The position numbers were made by a program, and so were the translations under genes. A DNA stretch of 64,000 nt from Lama glama (lineage: Eukaryota): positions 27,902,001 to 27,966,000 of the forward strand of contig CM052817.1 in assembly GCA_028534125.1 (NCBI GenBank). The letters run 5' to 3'. Positions 39,058 through 53,579 of the stretch are shown here, one piece after another (within the stretch, counting starts at the first letter, position 1; each line of letters starts with the position of its first letter). The notes below the pieces were generated by a model. The model was not told where the DNA came from, made no database searches, and saw only the letters and a program-made list of their open reading frames with translations.

Positions 39058-39502
39058 TTTTTAATTCTTTTTTAAAAAATTGAAGTGTAATTGATTTACA
39101 CTGTTGTGTTAGTTTCTGGTGTACAGCACAGTGATTCAGTTTTACACATATATTTATAAAACAGGTTATTACAGTATACTGAATATAATTCCCTGTGCTA
39201 TACAGTAGGACCTTGGTGTTTATCTACTTAATATATCTTAGTGTGTATCTGCTAATTTCAAACTCCTAATTTATCCTTCCTCCCAACCCTTTCCCCTTTG
39301 GTAACCATAAGTTTGTTTTCTATGTCTGTGAGTCTTCTTCATATTTTGCAAATAAGTTCCTTTGTGTCATCTTTTTAGATTCCACATATAAGTGATATCA
39401 TATGACATTTGTCTTTCTCTGACGGACTTCACTTTCTTTGGTAACTTTCAGGTGCTCCCATGGTGCTGCAAGTGGTATTATTTCACTCTTTTTTTACGGC
39501 TG
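39058..39502 (-). mobile_element. L1 3' fragment with diverged 14-bp TSD
   Basis: tatctgttgctatt (39044-39057) / tatcccttgctatt (39503-39516); ccctgtgctatacagtagg, tagattccacatataagtgatatcata. Confidence 0.9.
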
Positions 39503-39845
39503 TATCCCTTGCTATTGACACCTCAGTTTAAAACCAACTGACTTCAGGAAACAGCCACATTTATGGATTTGTTTTGAATCCAAGGGCACAGAAAAATTTA
39601 ACGGGGATGCCAGACTGTGCAGCTGTCCCAACAGAAAGAATGTCAGTCATTTTTGAGGAATCATGAAGGAAGGGAAACATGCCAGGTGAGGAGAGATGGT
39701 CACGTGTCTCAGTTCTCAAGAAAAGAAAAGAACGCGTCTGTAAGTAACAGACTAGAAGTCCGGGGTGAACTCCATCAATATTCTGGGAAAAGTTTTGTCA
39801 GAACTGACTCCCTCTACTGTTCGTTCATGAGCCACAGAGTCCATT

Positions 39846-40064
39846 ACAGGGGATGGCTGACTACGGCCTCCGGGGCAAATCTGGGCAGCATCCTACTTTT
39901 ACATAAAGACTTACAGGGTCACAGCCACACCCATTCATCTGCGTAGTGCCTGTTGCTGCTTCCAAGCTGCAACATCAGAGTTAAGTAGCTGTGACAGAGG
40001 CTGGCCCATAAGCCTAAAATATTTACTCTCTGATTTCTTTGCAGAAAAAGTTTGCCACTTGCTC
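39846..40064. mobile_element. MER58A-like hAT-Charlie MITE
   Basis: cacagccacacccattcat...gagttaagtagctgtgacagag...agcctaaaatatttact...cagaaaaagtttgcc. Confidence 0.8.
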
Positions 40065-40814
40065 TATAAAATACTCCCTCTTGGAAATGCCATCTGGCAC
40101 CATCGCTTCTTTCATGTCTCAATATAAAGCCTGTCGTTTTATGGCTGTGTCTGGTTTCTTTAACTGCCCTCTTGGCAATATACCTTTTGTTTTCCAAGAC
40201 CATCTTCTCCTAGGATGCTGTCTCTCCTTTCTCTTCGCTCTGTGCCCTGCAGCGTCCAGGCAGCCACGATCTGCTGTTCTGCCTGATCTCGACTCCTGGA
40301 ATTCTAGCCTGGCTCAAGACGCCAAACCTTTAACTTGCCCTAAGCAGCGATGGCTCAGATAGGCTTATTAACAAGTGGGTCATCACTAGAAACCATCCAG
40401 GGTTCAAGGGAACCAGTTACACCAAACTAACTCTGCTTCCCTTTCCCGGATAAGCCGATCCCCAGTCTGGCAGATCAGAGAACTGCTGTAGGTTCCACAT
40501 CCCATGTCCTTCGCAAACCGGAAAATGAAGTCATCTCACTCCATCACTGGAGAAATGAAGGAGAATGCGAAGCCATCTCTCAGGTGGCTGTGCACGTGAC
40601 CGAGGAACATATTAGAGTGATTTACTGATTTATGTAAAGTTTCAGGGAGGCCTTTAGTGGAAGGCTGCAGAGCTCTGTACTTCTGACTGCTGAACAGAAA
40701 AGAATCCTAAAGAATTTGAATGTAGTTATGGAAGAGGTATTTGCTTACTCCAAGTGAGCAAGATACAAAACAGAAAGAAATTTTAATAACTAAGACAGAA
40801 CTTAAGAGGGATGG

Positions 40815-40985
40815 TGATGGAAATCAAGACAGCAGTTATCCTTGTGGGGATAATAAAATAAAGGAGGCATGAGGGGGCTTCTGGGGTGCTGGTCATGTTT
40901 GTGTGCTTGATAAGGCAGTATGCTCACTTTGTGAAAATTCACTGAGATTTACACTCATGTGTGATCAGAATTATATAACCTGAAG
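40815..40985 (+). mobile_element. Old L1 (L1MC/ME-like) 3'UTR fragment
   Basis: ggcatgagggggcttctggggtgctggtcatgtt...cactttgtgaaaattcactgag. Confidence 0.65.
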
Positions 40986-40994
40986 TTCTAATTC

Positions 40995-41028
40995 GTGTAT
41001 GTGTGTATGTGTGTGTGTGTGTGTGTGT
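40995..41028. repeat. Interrupted (TG)n microsatellite
   Basis: gtgtatgtgtgtatgtgtgtgtgtgtgtgtgtgt. Confidence 0.9.
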
Positions 41029-44000
41029 AGGTGATGGAGGTTTATGTAAACTGAGTCATCTGTGAAACTGTATAATATTGAATTACAGTGAGATTCTATA
41101 GCATTTAGATTCCTCATAAATTTTTAGATACTTTACTGTCCAATAAGGACTTCCCTGATCGTGTACATCATAACTGGCTACCAGGCTGTCATGTGGCCAT
41201 GCGGCTCCTTTAACATTACTCGGCACAGGCAGAACCGCAAATGAGATGGACAGGGCTGAGCAACTTATTATTATATTAAAGCAAAAATGGGTATTTTATG
41301 AAGTATTAAAATTTCTTCAGTGTGTCCTCTTTTAGCCATATATGTATGAAATAAATCTTCTCTCAACATTTCCAACATTTATTCATATTTTCTTGGAAGC
41401 AAATATAAGGTTGACATTCATTAAGAGTTTGTAAGTCTTCTCAAAGCCAAACATCTGCTTGGTATCCAGTGGTGTTCATAAACTTTCTTCTTTAAAGGAA
41501 TGTCTGTTGAGCATTTATTAGCTTCATTTGTGCTTTATGACTATCCTTTAAGTAGAACATTTATTTAGAGAAATCCCTTATTTAAGACAGTCCCAAAAGA
41601 TTCAAGAAGTAGACCTGACTTGACCCTTTACTTAACATACTCACGCTATGACAAAAAGTATTCAAGGTGTCCCCTTAGACCTCTTCTTGGAGGGCCCCTC
41701 GATTGAACTAAGGTGAAAGGTTTTGCCTGGAATGTCGCTCCCGAGTGACGACACTCATCGGAGTCAAGTGTTTTTTTACGCACGATGGGGAAAATGGCCC
41801 AGAAGGGGCTTACACTTTGATTAGAGATGTTGCAAGTAGGGAAAAATGCTGACTTCAATTTAACTTCTGCTTTTCAGAAGACATGAGTACATAAATTATG
41901 TAGAAGAACGGTGATTACCAGACAGTCTAAAAGCTTGGAGGCTCTAGGCCAATTTTCAACCAACTGTCACAGAATGTAAGTTTCAAAATATGTTTAAACT
42001 ACACTGACAACTACAGAAAAAAATGTAGAATTCTTTGAAAGGCTGAAGTATGTGAACTGACGAGGATCTCAGAAACCACATGCTACTTAACACACAGCTA
42101 CTCCACTGCAGTGTCCCCACTCTCTTCTGGAGGGAATATTAAAAGAGGCAGGACAGATGCTTCCCTGAATTAAGCTGATCCAAGCAGTAGACGACTCCTC
42201 CCAGCACAGAGCGGCCAACAGAATTAGGGTTCACCTCAAAACTGAAAGGGCTGGGAGAGGGCCTGTGGCCCAGTGGCTTTCAAGCTGGAAGGAGCTAACC
42301 CAGGAAGGGTGCGTGCATGGGTTTCCCACCTCTCTATGCCAGAGAAGCTCCAGTCTTAACTGCCGAGGACATCCAGCCTTCCTGGAGGATCTGAATCGCT
42401 GCTATATGCCAAGCTCTTAATCGAATAGGTCACAAAACCAAGGCCAGAGAGATTCCAAAGTGCAAGAGAGGTAAAGTGAGAAGAGGAATTCCATGAATCC
42501 CCAGCTAAAGCACCATTGTACCAATCACACAAGCTGTAAGACCTCAGCGCATAAATGCGGGCAGCTGAGATGAGAAATTATTTATCTGGTCCAGTTAGTG
42601 TGCAGAATAGCTCTGTTTTAGCCGTGTACACAAATCATCACTCTTGCGAGGCTCCCCCACCTCTATCTGTCCAAGGAGTTTCAGGGAGTCTGTGAGGTCC
42701 TTAAAGGGGTGCGTTCAATTTTCCATGTTTGTGTAAAATTGGTCCACAGCTTTCATTTGTTCGTCAAAAGTATCTGTGATCACACCAAACTGTAAGAATC
42801 GGTGTACTTGAAGAAGGGAACAAAAGAGGACCACAAAAGGAGTGGTTCAATGTCTATAACTTGAAGAACTTACCCAAAACTCCCTTAACAAAAGATGCAC
42901 GCTTCCTATTAAACCACTCAGGTTACACAGGTAAATTCGCACAGAGGTAAAAACAAAACCTGCGTGGTATATATGAAAATGTGGTGCTTGGTAGACTGAT
43001 AAAAACAGATTTTATTTTACTTCTTGGGTTTTACATACTTGGAAGAATTATTTGAGGTATAACACGCAAACTTCACTTTGTAAACCAAAACCAGGACTCC
43101 AAAGCCCTGAATAATTTTGGGGTGAGGGGATTATTCCTGTCTCTGAGTATTCCCTTTGGAAAACGAGGGTGAGTAAGAGATGGAATGACAACTGACGGAG
43201 AACAACTGTGTCTTTCAATTCAACTGCAGACTCTTCAGGGAAAACTCTCATCTTATAACTGTGTCAATTAGGCAAACACTGAAAACCGCCTCCTGCCCTC
43301 TATGCTGATAATGTCAGGGAAGAAAGTGGCTGATGTAATCCTGAGGATGGAACTAATATCCAGAGCGCCATTACCCACTGAGGGGAGGCTGTCCCCGACT
43401 CCCACTTTGGCTACAGCAGAGAAGACGGCACAGAAGAACAGATTCTGAATTATCTTCAAGGGGGGACTGATGAGAAATAAATTGTAAAGTGGTTTGTGGG
43501 GAAAACCCATAAAGCCAGAATGAACAGAAACGAATTTGGGAAAACAGTGCCGTACTGTATTTTGAGATAATATTCAATGTTTATCTGGAGCACTTATTAT
43601 AATGGAGTAAAATAGAGAATTTCCTGAGACTGGGAGATTGCAATCATCTGAGACACCAGGAGTGATGCCTGAATTTAACTGTAAGGAATGATATGCAGAA
43701 TTGCCCACCTATTCCTCGCTAGTGACAGAAGCATTATTGTGGAAATGATGCTTCGAGGTCAGGAAAGGAGATGACAAGAAGACAGTCTGTGCCGATAGTT
43801 AAATGCCAAGAGGCACCAGGCCAAGAAGGTGCACAGGCATAAACCAGGCAGTGGCACTGATATAATTATGGGATTAGACGAATTCTCAAAGCCAGACCGG
43901 AAGCTGAACCACAGTCCTTAGGGGAAAAGAGAGAATATGAAGGTAATTAGAAGAAAAAAGTAGAGGAAAGCTATTTTACTTTAAAAAAAACAAACCCTTA

Positions 44001-46091
44001 AAACTCTAAATAAAACTCAGTGTCTGCACAGGGACCTTCACAGTCCTCAAACATGCATAAAACAGGACGGAGGGAGGAAGGGGCCACACACATCTTTCTA
44101 AGCTCAGTGTCAGAGCTGGGCCGCACGTGCAGCGCGTGATTCCCGCCCAGGGGCCTGGGACCTGGAGGAGCCCCGAGGTCCTGGGACTTGTGAGCATCCA
44201 GAACAAGGATCTCACGAAGGAATTTCACAAGCTCAGAACACATTTTTTCTCCCTTGACTCTGCTTTCTAGTTTCTCTCTCCCTCTGCTATTGTTTAATTT
44301 TGTGGTTCAACTTTTTGAAGAATGGTGGGAGGGACTGTGTTAAGCAATGCTCTAAGAATGAGGCTCGGCTGCGGTGACAATCGGCCTCCCACATCTTTCA
44401 AACCAATTGTGATTCTGCTTAAAACAAAAGGCAGACAGAAACACGAAGCAGCACAGGCAGACAGTCTTATTCACCCTCGTCTGTGCAGCATTTACACTCA
44501 GCACACAGTAGGCACAGAGCAGACGCTGGCTCCATGGAGCTGGTCATTTTATCTAAACAGCTCTGTGTTCTGTTCTGTTTCCAAATCAGAGCCAGCAGTC
44601 ATATCACCTAATGTGCTTTCGGGCAATCTTTCGTTGATCCTTGTGATCCCATTAACAGAAGTGATTAAACAACCAAGTCTGACACAAAATTGTCCTGATG
44701 GAGGAGTATCAGAGCTGAACGTGACTAAGACTTGGTCGAGAGATTAGCAAGGAAACAAGAAAAGCCACTGGGAAAGCAGATTTTAAAAATCATCAGTATC
44801 CTCTTTTTAAACGAGACAGTTAAGATACATAATTTCCCATTTTTTCCTCACGGTTAAGCAGAGTCTGATTCTTACTAATACTAAGTATCCATATGACATA
44901 TTGCCTAAAAGCTTTATAGTAACAGTATTTATCAATACATGTCACAGAGAAGAAAAATTAAATGACTGACTGAAATAATTAGATTACTAGGAGTAATAAG
45001 CAACTCTTACTGCTCTGAATATAATACAAGTTTATAGGCTGAAAAGGTACTTACCAAGGATACTTCTTAAGTATGGTTTAAACAATATTTCACAAAGCAT
45101 TATTTCAACTAAAATTTAGGAAATAGCTATAAGGCAGGACTTATAAATGTGGAGACCACATCATATACAGGATATTTAAGTAAATCAAGCCCTGACCCAA
45201 AAAAGGCTTTAAAAAGTGTAAGACTCTTTTATTAATAAATATTTTAAAAGAAAAAAAAATAAAAGCAACAGTACAGTTTTAAAGATAATGTTAAAAGCAC
45301 AGATTCTGAGAAATTCTTCAGAAGCCCTACTAACATGTCATCTCCCATGCAGAGAAAGCAACTTGAGAAACTGCTTACACCTTACACCTAGTCTGGCCAG
45401 CTGGTAAGGTTCAGTAAGTGGGTGGCAAAGAGGAAGAGCCTTGCGTTTCATGGTGAGCAGAAGGGAAGAGACTGGGCATAGTCATGAATATACTTTAAAT
45501 TTTAGGAAGACATAGGGAAGATTCTTTCATGAGAAATTCAGGAAGGACTGGAGGTAAATGATTCACAAAAATACAATTCAGTGGAGTAGGCCGTGATAAC
45601 TCAATTTAGGGTATAGGCACTATTACAGATTAGAGGGCAGAAGACTGTAAGGTCAATAAATAGCCTTCAGAAAAATGCTCAGCTCCTTGGAAGATGACTT
45701 AGTTGGTGCCTCCCATCACGCATTCTCCTAAAATAAGACCAAGTAACAGAATCAAAGATTTAAGTGTAGAAGACAGAACCTTTACAGAAGTAACCCTGGA
45801 TTTGCAGATACAGAAATGCAGGTAAATGATCAATCTGAGACACAGAAAATGGCGAGCCACCTGCCTACTCAAATTATGAACAATAACTATTAATGATTGC
45901 TAGGGCTTACCTTCAAAACGTGGCTAATAAATTCTACCCCAATTTGTCAGCCCTGAGTATTGAGTGAATGAATTCATAAACAGCTGACATTTACAAGTTC
46001 TGGGGAGAACAACCTCCAGGAACTTTAAACACCAAGAACTTAGGATCATGTTGCTCTTTACTGAAATCTGACGACATGACTGGGAACCTAC

Positions 46092-46264
46092 CTGCAGCAA
46101 ATCACAGCTTTGCACGACAAAGCCAAGTCCAGGAAATACTGGCGCACTCCAAAGGTTAAGGCGTACTTGAGGGTCTTCCCGTCGATGATGAGAGCAAAGT
46201 CGTTCTCCTTCCGAAGGGCGTCACCTAGTGTAGTGCAGTGACGGCTGAGAGTTTCCCTCGTTGC
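46092..46264 (-). CDS. ATP8A1: ATP8A1 exon, 173 bp: [57 protein letters not shown](R)
   Basis: ttacag|GCA acceptor, AG|gtaggt donor; within ORF 46088..46306; ends phase 2. Confidence 0.97.
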
Positions 46265-48179
46265 CTGTAAAATTAAACAAAAAACACCCTCAACATCTAC
46301 TCCCATTTGTTCTGCAAAGATGCCTTCAGGATGTTCGGCAACTATGTTGAGTTATTTTTAGTGCCTTTTATGTTTCAAATTGCTTTCACAAACCTCCACT
46401 TATTTGATTCTCACAAAAGCCCCTCGAAGGAGATTGGACAAACATTATCAGAAAAGAAAAAAAAAAAGTAAATTACTCCCTTTAAAGTCACACCTCTGTT
46501 CCGAGCAGGGTCAGGACTAGATTATATGTCACCCATGGCCCTGCCATCTTTGCTCACGATTTCAACCGCACAATCACAATCTCGCAAAAACATATTCAGT
46601 AAATTATCTTGTTAATGCACCACAACACTGAACTAGTCAAAATTGCTTAGCTATGAACCAAGGGGAAACATCAGGGAATATAATTTAAATAATTTATGGG
46701 TATTATTTCAGAAATACTCAATGCGACGGAAACTTTAATTCCTAGTAACCGAGAGGAGGAAATGCAGTATCTGTAATCTCTTGCCACTTCATGGATTGGC
46801 ATCTATAACTTTAATCATGATTTCACGAGGTGCTGTGTTTCAGTTGGGGCTGGTGACATGTGGCCTAGTAATCTTGACGGACTGGATAAAAGAACCTCCT
46901 CCATCAATGAAGAGTTCACTTTCAGGCACAATAAAAACCTCAACGTCAAGGAACGCTTTGTTCACCTCCAGGCTGCAGAGGGGCCATATCTGTCTCCCTC
47001 TGTGAAGAACCACTGCTTTCCCAGCTCTTCAAAGGCAAAAAGTTTCAAGATACTTAGTTTTTCTCCCCAAATCCTGTAGACTCTTCCTATAACCTAATAC
47101 AGTCAGCTTCTTATTTCAACAGAGCCCCAACATTGCCAAGAAACACAACATGAGCTTTGCACAAGGAAATATAAGAAACAACTATTGGAAGCTTTGTTCT
47201 GAGTGCTAGACTCTGAGCTGGTAGCTATTTATATAATAAACACAAATCTATATTTATATAATAAAAGATATCTATAATAAAATAATACTTACATACTAAT
47301 TTTTGTTATAGTCAAGGGAGATACAAGTATTGTTCCAATTTAAGACTGTGGTACACTTTATGTGAGTTAGCCTCACAAACAGGGATGCAAAGGTAGAGAT
47401 GATTAAAATTTTATATTGGGGATTTTTGAAGGTGTTTCTGCATTTGTATTTCAAATGTGGTTCACACTATGGTCTGGAATTTCAGAATCTGTTCATCAGA
47501 ATAATAGAACCGTGTTGTACTGTAAAGTAAGACTGCCCAAACTTCCCAACACTGGAAATTCATTTAACACTTCCCCTGTTCCTTGTTACAGTGACATGGA
47601 GGACCACCACATAGCAGCATTCTTTGCAAAATTTTCTGTTCACACTTTACATCAGTGGGGAAAAAAGCTGTTTTAATTTACAGGCCTCCCCCTCCCATTT
47701 CTGGTTGGAAATTTTTGGTCCAAGAGGACTTTAAGAAAAAGAGGTGAAAAATGTCAGTAAAATTCTGCAAGCAAAACTGATCAATGACTACCCATCGTAG
47801 ATTACCCTGGATTGTCTTAAAAGCAAATTCCCATGGGTGAAATGAAAGAGCAAGCAAATTAATGAACTGATGAAAAATAAAAATAAAACAATATTTAGCA
47901 CATATCATGCACTGGTCATGGTTCTGAGGGCTGCACACACAGATACAACACTTGTGACAACCCTATGCAGGAGGCACGACTCTTGTCCCCCTTCTGCAGA
48001 TGACAAGAGTGAGACTTAGAGTGGAACTTCCTGGGCCACAAATACATGGTTTCTAATTCCAAACTCAGAATTAAATTTCTGTGCTAGCTTGTCTTTCTCT
48101 ACATAATCCAGCAAAAACAAACCGACAGTACCAGGCACAGCAAATTACAAGATGGAATCCCCACACCCACTCCCTCCGT

Positions 48180-48620
48180 AGTCTCCCCAGAGCCCTCATC
48201 ATCTGTCTCTCATCTCGTCTTGACCGCCAACAGAGACTTCTCTCTACAAAACAAATTTGAAACACAAATCATGTCTCCTCTTGCTCCAAATTTTTTCAAT
48301 GGCTTCCTACTGCTTACCTGATAAAGCCCCAAATCTAAGTCTTACTAACTTCTGTTCACATTTCCCTTCGAACTCTTGACTCCTTCAATTCCCCCTCTCT
48401 GGACCCCCCTTTCCTCCTGAAGAGATTCCACTGTCTTTTAAATCGAGTTCATCCTCCCAAGCCCTCCCAGACTCACTCCACGCTACCAAGTCTAATTCAC
48501 TCTATGCAAGCAAGGCCCTCAGTTCCTCGAGGGGAGGGACAATGCTTAATCTGGTTCCCAGCCACAAGCACAGAGCCTGCAATTACGGATGCTCGGGAAG
48601 TACATATTTATGGAATGAGA
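48180..48620 (+). mobile_element. L2 fragment
   Basis: ttcaatggcttcctactgc...gataaagccccaaatct...cacagagcctgc...atatttatggaatga. Confidence 0.55.
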
Positions 48621-51155
48621 GCACTGAGACACTCGGACTTCGCCCCACTGGAAGCACTCCATTTCCCCTCTATTATCACTTCTGATTCCAGAGACAGAGA
48701 GAGGGTTTGGTCTTCTGTTCTGTGCTCTTTAATTTTCCAGAGAACAAATAATTCCTATTACTTCAACAGTCTTTCCGACCAAGGCCCTGCCCCCTAAAAT
48801 GCATGCGTGTGGACCTGCGTATCTATTTCCTGCCTGCCTGCCTATCTCCCTATCTAACATTCTACCGATGCACCTATCTTCCTATTCATCCATCCATCCA
48901 ACCATCCGCCACTCTGTTTTTTAAGCTTTTGCCCAAGTCACTTCTGATCTGAAAACCCAAATGAAACCTGAGATGCACTGCAGGAGGACTTCAAACTTCT
49001 TTGCTGCAAAGCAAGACTGAAAGTCAGGTAAAGCCCTGAGTTGTGCAAGCTCCCTCATTAACCAGCCCGTGGGACCCACTCTAACTCCTTCCACTGGTGC
49101 CCTCTAACACCTCAAAATATGTTGAGAACTTTTTCGCGGTGTCAGTACCCCTGGGTTTCCTGGGTGATTATCACAGATCCTCAGCAAATCAAAAGGTGCC
49201 AGGAGATGTCACAGAGATAACATTTCAGATGGTGAGTCAAGCTCTTCGCACAGTGAATTCTCCCGTCAGCCCACCTGGGGTGCAAGGTAATAACAACAGA
49301 AAAGTTTCAAACATTTTCTTATTTTAGTTTATAGTTTTCTTTTGTAAGCAGCTCTGTTGTTGGTGTGTGCTGCCAGTTACATGTTATATTTTACCCTTAT
49401 TTATACTGCCAGGAGTATTAAATTTTTTTTTTCCTTATGGAAGTTTATTGCTTCTCCCCTAAGCCTGGGAGCCATACTTTATGGCCATATTGCATTGAAG
49501 CTTATCTCCTGTAGCTAGAAATAAATTTATTACTACATTAGCTGTTGCTTTGTTTTCTTTTTGGCTACTGAAGGGGGAAATGTTTCAACATTGAAACTTA
49601 GTGACATGTGAAAGTGAAAATACATAAATAAGAAGCTAACTCTGAAAAAGGATACAAGACCACATAGTACAACAAAATAAAGCTCTGTATCTCCTTGTGC
49701 TACAAAGTCCGATTTGTGGGCTAAGAGAAAAGGAGTATCTGTTGCCATCATCAGGGACAGTCGGAAGTAAAGGCAGTCTGGGGAGACAGAGGCATGGGGA
49801 AAGGCGGGGCTCAGGCACCTGGCCAGGCGGGGATCCAGGGAAGGGAGGGAGCCGCGGAGAAAATGGGATCTGCTGGCACCTCCCGCAGCCTGCATCCCAC
49901 GTGGGTGCTGGAGTCCAGCATTCAGCTCTCCTCTCCGCCCGCACACGCTCATCAGGAGCCCCTCTGTTCTCCCACCACGCTTGCCTGCTGTGCCAGGTCA
50001 CAGTTCAGTCCACAACCAGCAGTCCTCCTGGGCTCTTAGTCCTGACACTACAGGAGGGAATAAAATCATCTCCCCCTGGGGACAGGCTCTACTCCAGCTC
50101 TCCTCTTATCCACGGGTGCCCAGTATGCTGATCTAGGCTTGTACCCACGCTGAGCCGATTCCACTGCTCCCGGAGGCTACTCAGACCTTCTCTTTTCTGC
50201 TCGAGACTCCAGCTTTGGCCCCTGTCACTGCAACAAACATCTACCTATTTACTGAGAACATTCATACCGACTTTCCTCTCTCAAAACTTCCCTTTACCTA
50301 ATCCTCCCTAATCTTAAGTCAGAAGGAAGACCTGGCTTCTTTTCTCACTTCTGTCCCTCCCTGGCATCTTTAGTATCCCCCATTATCACTATTTTTTCCT
50401 TTAAGACTACATACTAAAAGCAAGGAACAAATAAACTGAGAAATGTCCCCTTGACTCTACTGTTCCCCAGTCCTCCAGATGACGCAAATACCCCCATCTT
50501 ATAGATTCTCCGAATACTTGTTTATACTCACACGGTGTAGCATGATGAATAATTGCTTATCTGTTTATATCTCTACTTCCCTTCGGGACTGAGGCCGTTG
50601 ATAAAGAGATGAAATCAAATCAGCACAAACTTGGTAATGAAAGAATAACCAAATCATTAGTGATTGGAGAATACCTTGTGAGAAGTGACAGTGGTTTTCT
50701 TGTGGGACCATTTTGAGGATTGTTTTTTGCTGCCTGTAAAACTTCTGTGTCATCTTGGATACTCTTAATTAGAGCAATAAATAAAATGTTATTTATTGGG
50801 CTTATTTTATTATAGAGGAAATGGAGAACAAAGTGGTGGTTATGATCTAACACTTCCTTCTATCTAGTAGAACATAAATTGCCTGATGAATATAACATAA
50901 TCAACGCCTAGACAAGCTACTTAGTGCTCAAGCCAGGTTATGTAACAGTGGACGGAGGAGAAGAAACAATAAGTATTTGGTTTATAAGAATCACGCTTGG
51001 AAAAGAAAAATAAAAGGAAAGAAAGATGCTTGGCAGATAATCAGGTCAAGTAGAATTCCTCACAAAGATGACTCTGACCGGAAGGTCTTAATGAAGTTCT
51101 ATTTGAACCTTTGGGGTTCTGCCTGGCAAAATAGATAACATGTTCATAGAATACC

Positions 51156-51667
51156 TGTTGGGGAGGGGGAAACGTCCCACCCTTCCCTTCTGGAATTCTT
51201 TTGACGGGTCTAATAATTAAATTGGCACAAGACAGTTTAACAGGGGGAGGAAAACAAACCAACATACTTACTTCCTATGTATGGAGGTCTCATAGAAATG
51301 GCACCTAAGAAGTGGCCAAAGCAGGCAGCTCTTATACTTTTTAGATAAAGAAACGATCAATTTGTGAAGAATTGACAAGACAAAGAAGTTTAAGCTTGGA
51401 GTAGTAAATTAGTGAGGAAGTAACAAGGTTTGTTTAAACAGCCCTTGTGGCCCTGAATTCCCTATCTCTGATGATAAGGATGGATGTCTCTCTACCTTCT
51501 GATGCAAGGAGGGTAGCTTTCAAATGGGAGATTTATTTCTTGTTTTCTAGGGACAAAGAAGGGTAAGAATGTTCCTCTTGTACTGGCTGCTTGTTAAGTA
51601 ACTTCAATTCACAATATTCGATATGCCACTCTGGCACATTTTTGGGTGGGTGTCCTGAGCCCCAAAA
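51156..51667 (-). mobile_element. Solo ERV1-class LTR (MER34/MER39-like), 512 bp
   Basis: Termini tgttgggg / ccccaaaa (inverted, 1 mismatch); 4-bp TSD tacc at 51152-51155 and 51668-51671. Confidence 0.82.
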
Positions 51668-53579
51668 TACCCTTCAAAAAAAAAAATAAAATAAAAACAA
51701 TGATTTTTAAGACATCAGAGACTGGCAGCTTTATGATGATCTTTTTCATTACTTTTACATGACCTTTGGCAAGGAAATCCTTGATAAAAATCATAGAGGG
51801 CACCCTAGACAATGAAATCTGATACAATTTTATAGTGAAATAAGTGGAAAGCCCTGACTTGTTTGGAAAGTATCATAGCATGCAAGATGTCGTTTTCATT
51901 TTGGCAAAAAACTTTGCTTGGAACAGTCTAAAGAACCAGAGGCCAGATGTGCAAAGAACATGTTAGGCCACCTAAGAACTATGTTTTTGATGGCCCCACA
52001 TGCAATGCTGCGGAAAGCACCTGCATATAAACGGTCCCTTTCGGCTTCTGGATTTTGATTTTTCTTCCTGATTCCTTTCATGGGTTTACAGGACAGATAT
52101 TCTTACTTAGGAACATATCCCGGGAACACCCTAGTAGAGAATGTGGAAATATCCCTAAGGAAAGGAAAATTAAAGCCTCTAGCCTTTGACTAGAAAACTA
52201 GTCTAGTCCGGCATAACCAGCAGAGATGAGGAGATGAAGTGAAGATCACAGAGAGTCTAAGATGTAACACCTGAATGCTGTGGCTTCCACACCCTGCTTC
52301 AGGGCCGCGGATACTTATAGCAACAGAAGAAAATGTGCGATCATTCATCTATACCCCAGAGGGTGTCATCATCAAGGCGAAGCCAAACAGCACAAGTTAA
52401 AGGGAAAAAGTATACAGATACATATTTATTTAGTTCCCACTATATGCTGGCGCTTGGGTCTGAACACAGATAAACACTCAGCACTTGTATTTACTCCTGG
52501 GAATCTGTTAAAGGTGTGCAGGTCTAGTGATAAACTTATAAGGAGGATTCTATTCCCAGAAAGGGGGAAAAAAAAAGATACCAAAGTTCTGAATTACACT
52601 TGGACTTTTGGACACACTATTCAACAATGCACTGCATTGTTCTTGGATTTGCTCTTTTCCTTCACGAGTTCACCACCACTGAAGTGAAATAAGCATACAA
52701 CTTGGGTTAATGACGAGTCACTTTTGGAAGACACTACTTTCACCCTTGTCAGAATGGACTTAAGTTTATGAAGCCTGCACTTCTTACTTTAGCATGAGCA
52801 CCACGGGTTTGTTTTCACTTACTTTCCACAAAAAGGGCAAAATGCAACATTATATTATAGGCAAACATCTGTAGGAAACTTGTTGAACAAAGATGGGGAC
52901 TCCTATGAAATAAGACAACTTGTTGGAGGCTGAGTCCCTGTCAAATAATTTTAAAACTCATCAGCTGACGTGCACAAGTCACCCATTTGTGGCGAGGAAG
53001 CAGCCAGCATCGTATAACAAATATGCGACAGTGAAAAAGTGGGGCTTTTGTCGTTAGAAAGTCAAAGTTGGCCATGAGGGCTCACATGATGCTTCTGGGC
53101 ACTGTTAGATTTGAAGCCAAATGGCGGAGCCAAATGATGAGGCCACACTGTAAAGAACTTAAGTTCCAGAAGCTGAAACATAGCCCATGGCTCAGAACTC
53201 AGGGTTTTCCCCAATTTCAGGGGGTTGTAGAAAACAAGCTCATCAAACAGCTCATACCTTCCCTGGAAAGGAAACAGTAAGTGTTTTATTCTGAAAAAAA
53301 ATTCCTTAGTGATGTGACAGAAAAAAAACTAAATGAGAAATAAGGAGTAGGGTTAACTACCAACAAAAATTCCAAAACACACTTTTGGATCATGTGTTCT
53401 AGACAGGCTCAGTGTTCTAGAAAGGACTATAAGCCACGTTACATGAAAAGGTGTCACAGGTAAGTTCATTTCATGGTCTATTCAGAAACTTTTTCACCAG
53501 GAGTATATAAATATATTCCAATTTACCTCCTCATTTATTTTTTCATTTGACACGCTCTAGAAGGTGGTAACGTGGCATC

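Noticed and set aside
49533..50131. Overlapping 120-144 aa ORFs on both strands
   Set aside because: Explained by a locally GC-rich, stop-poor stretch; no homology recognised
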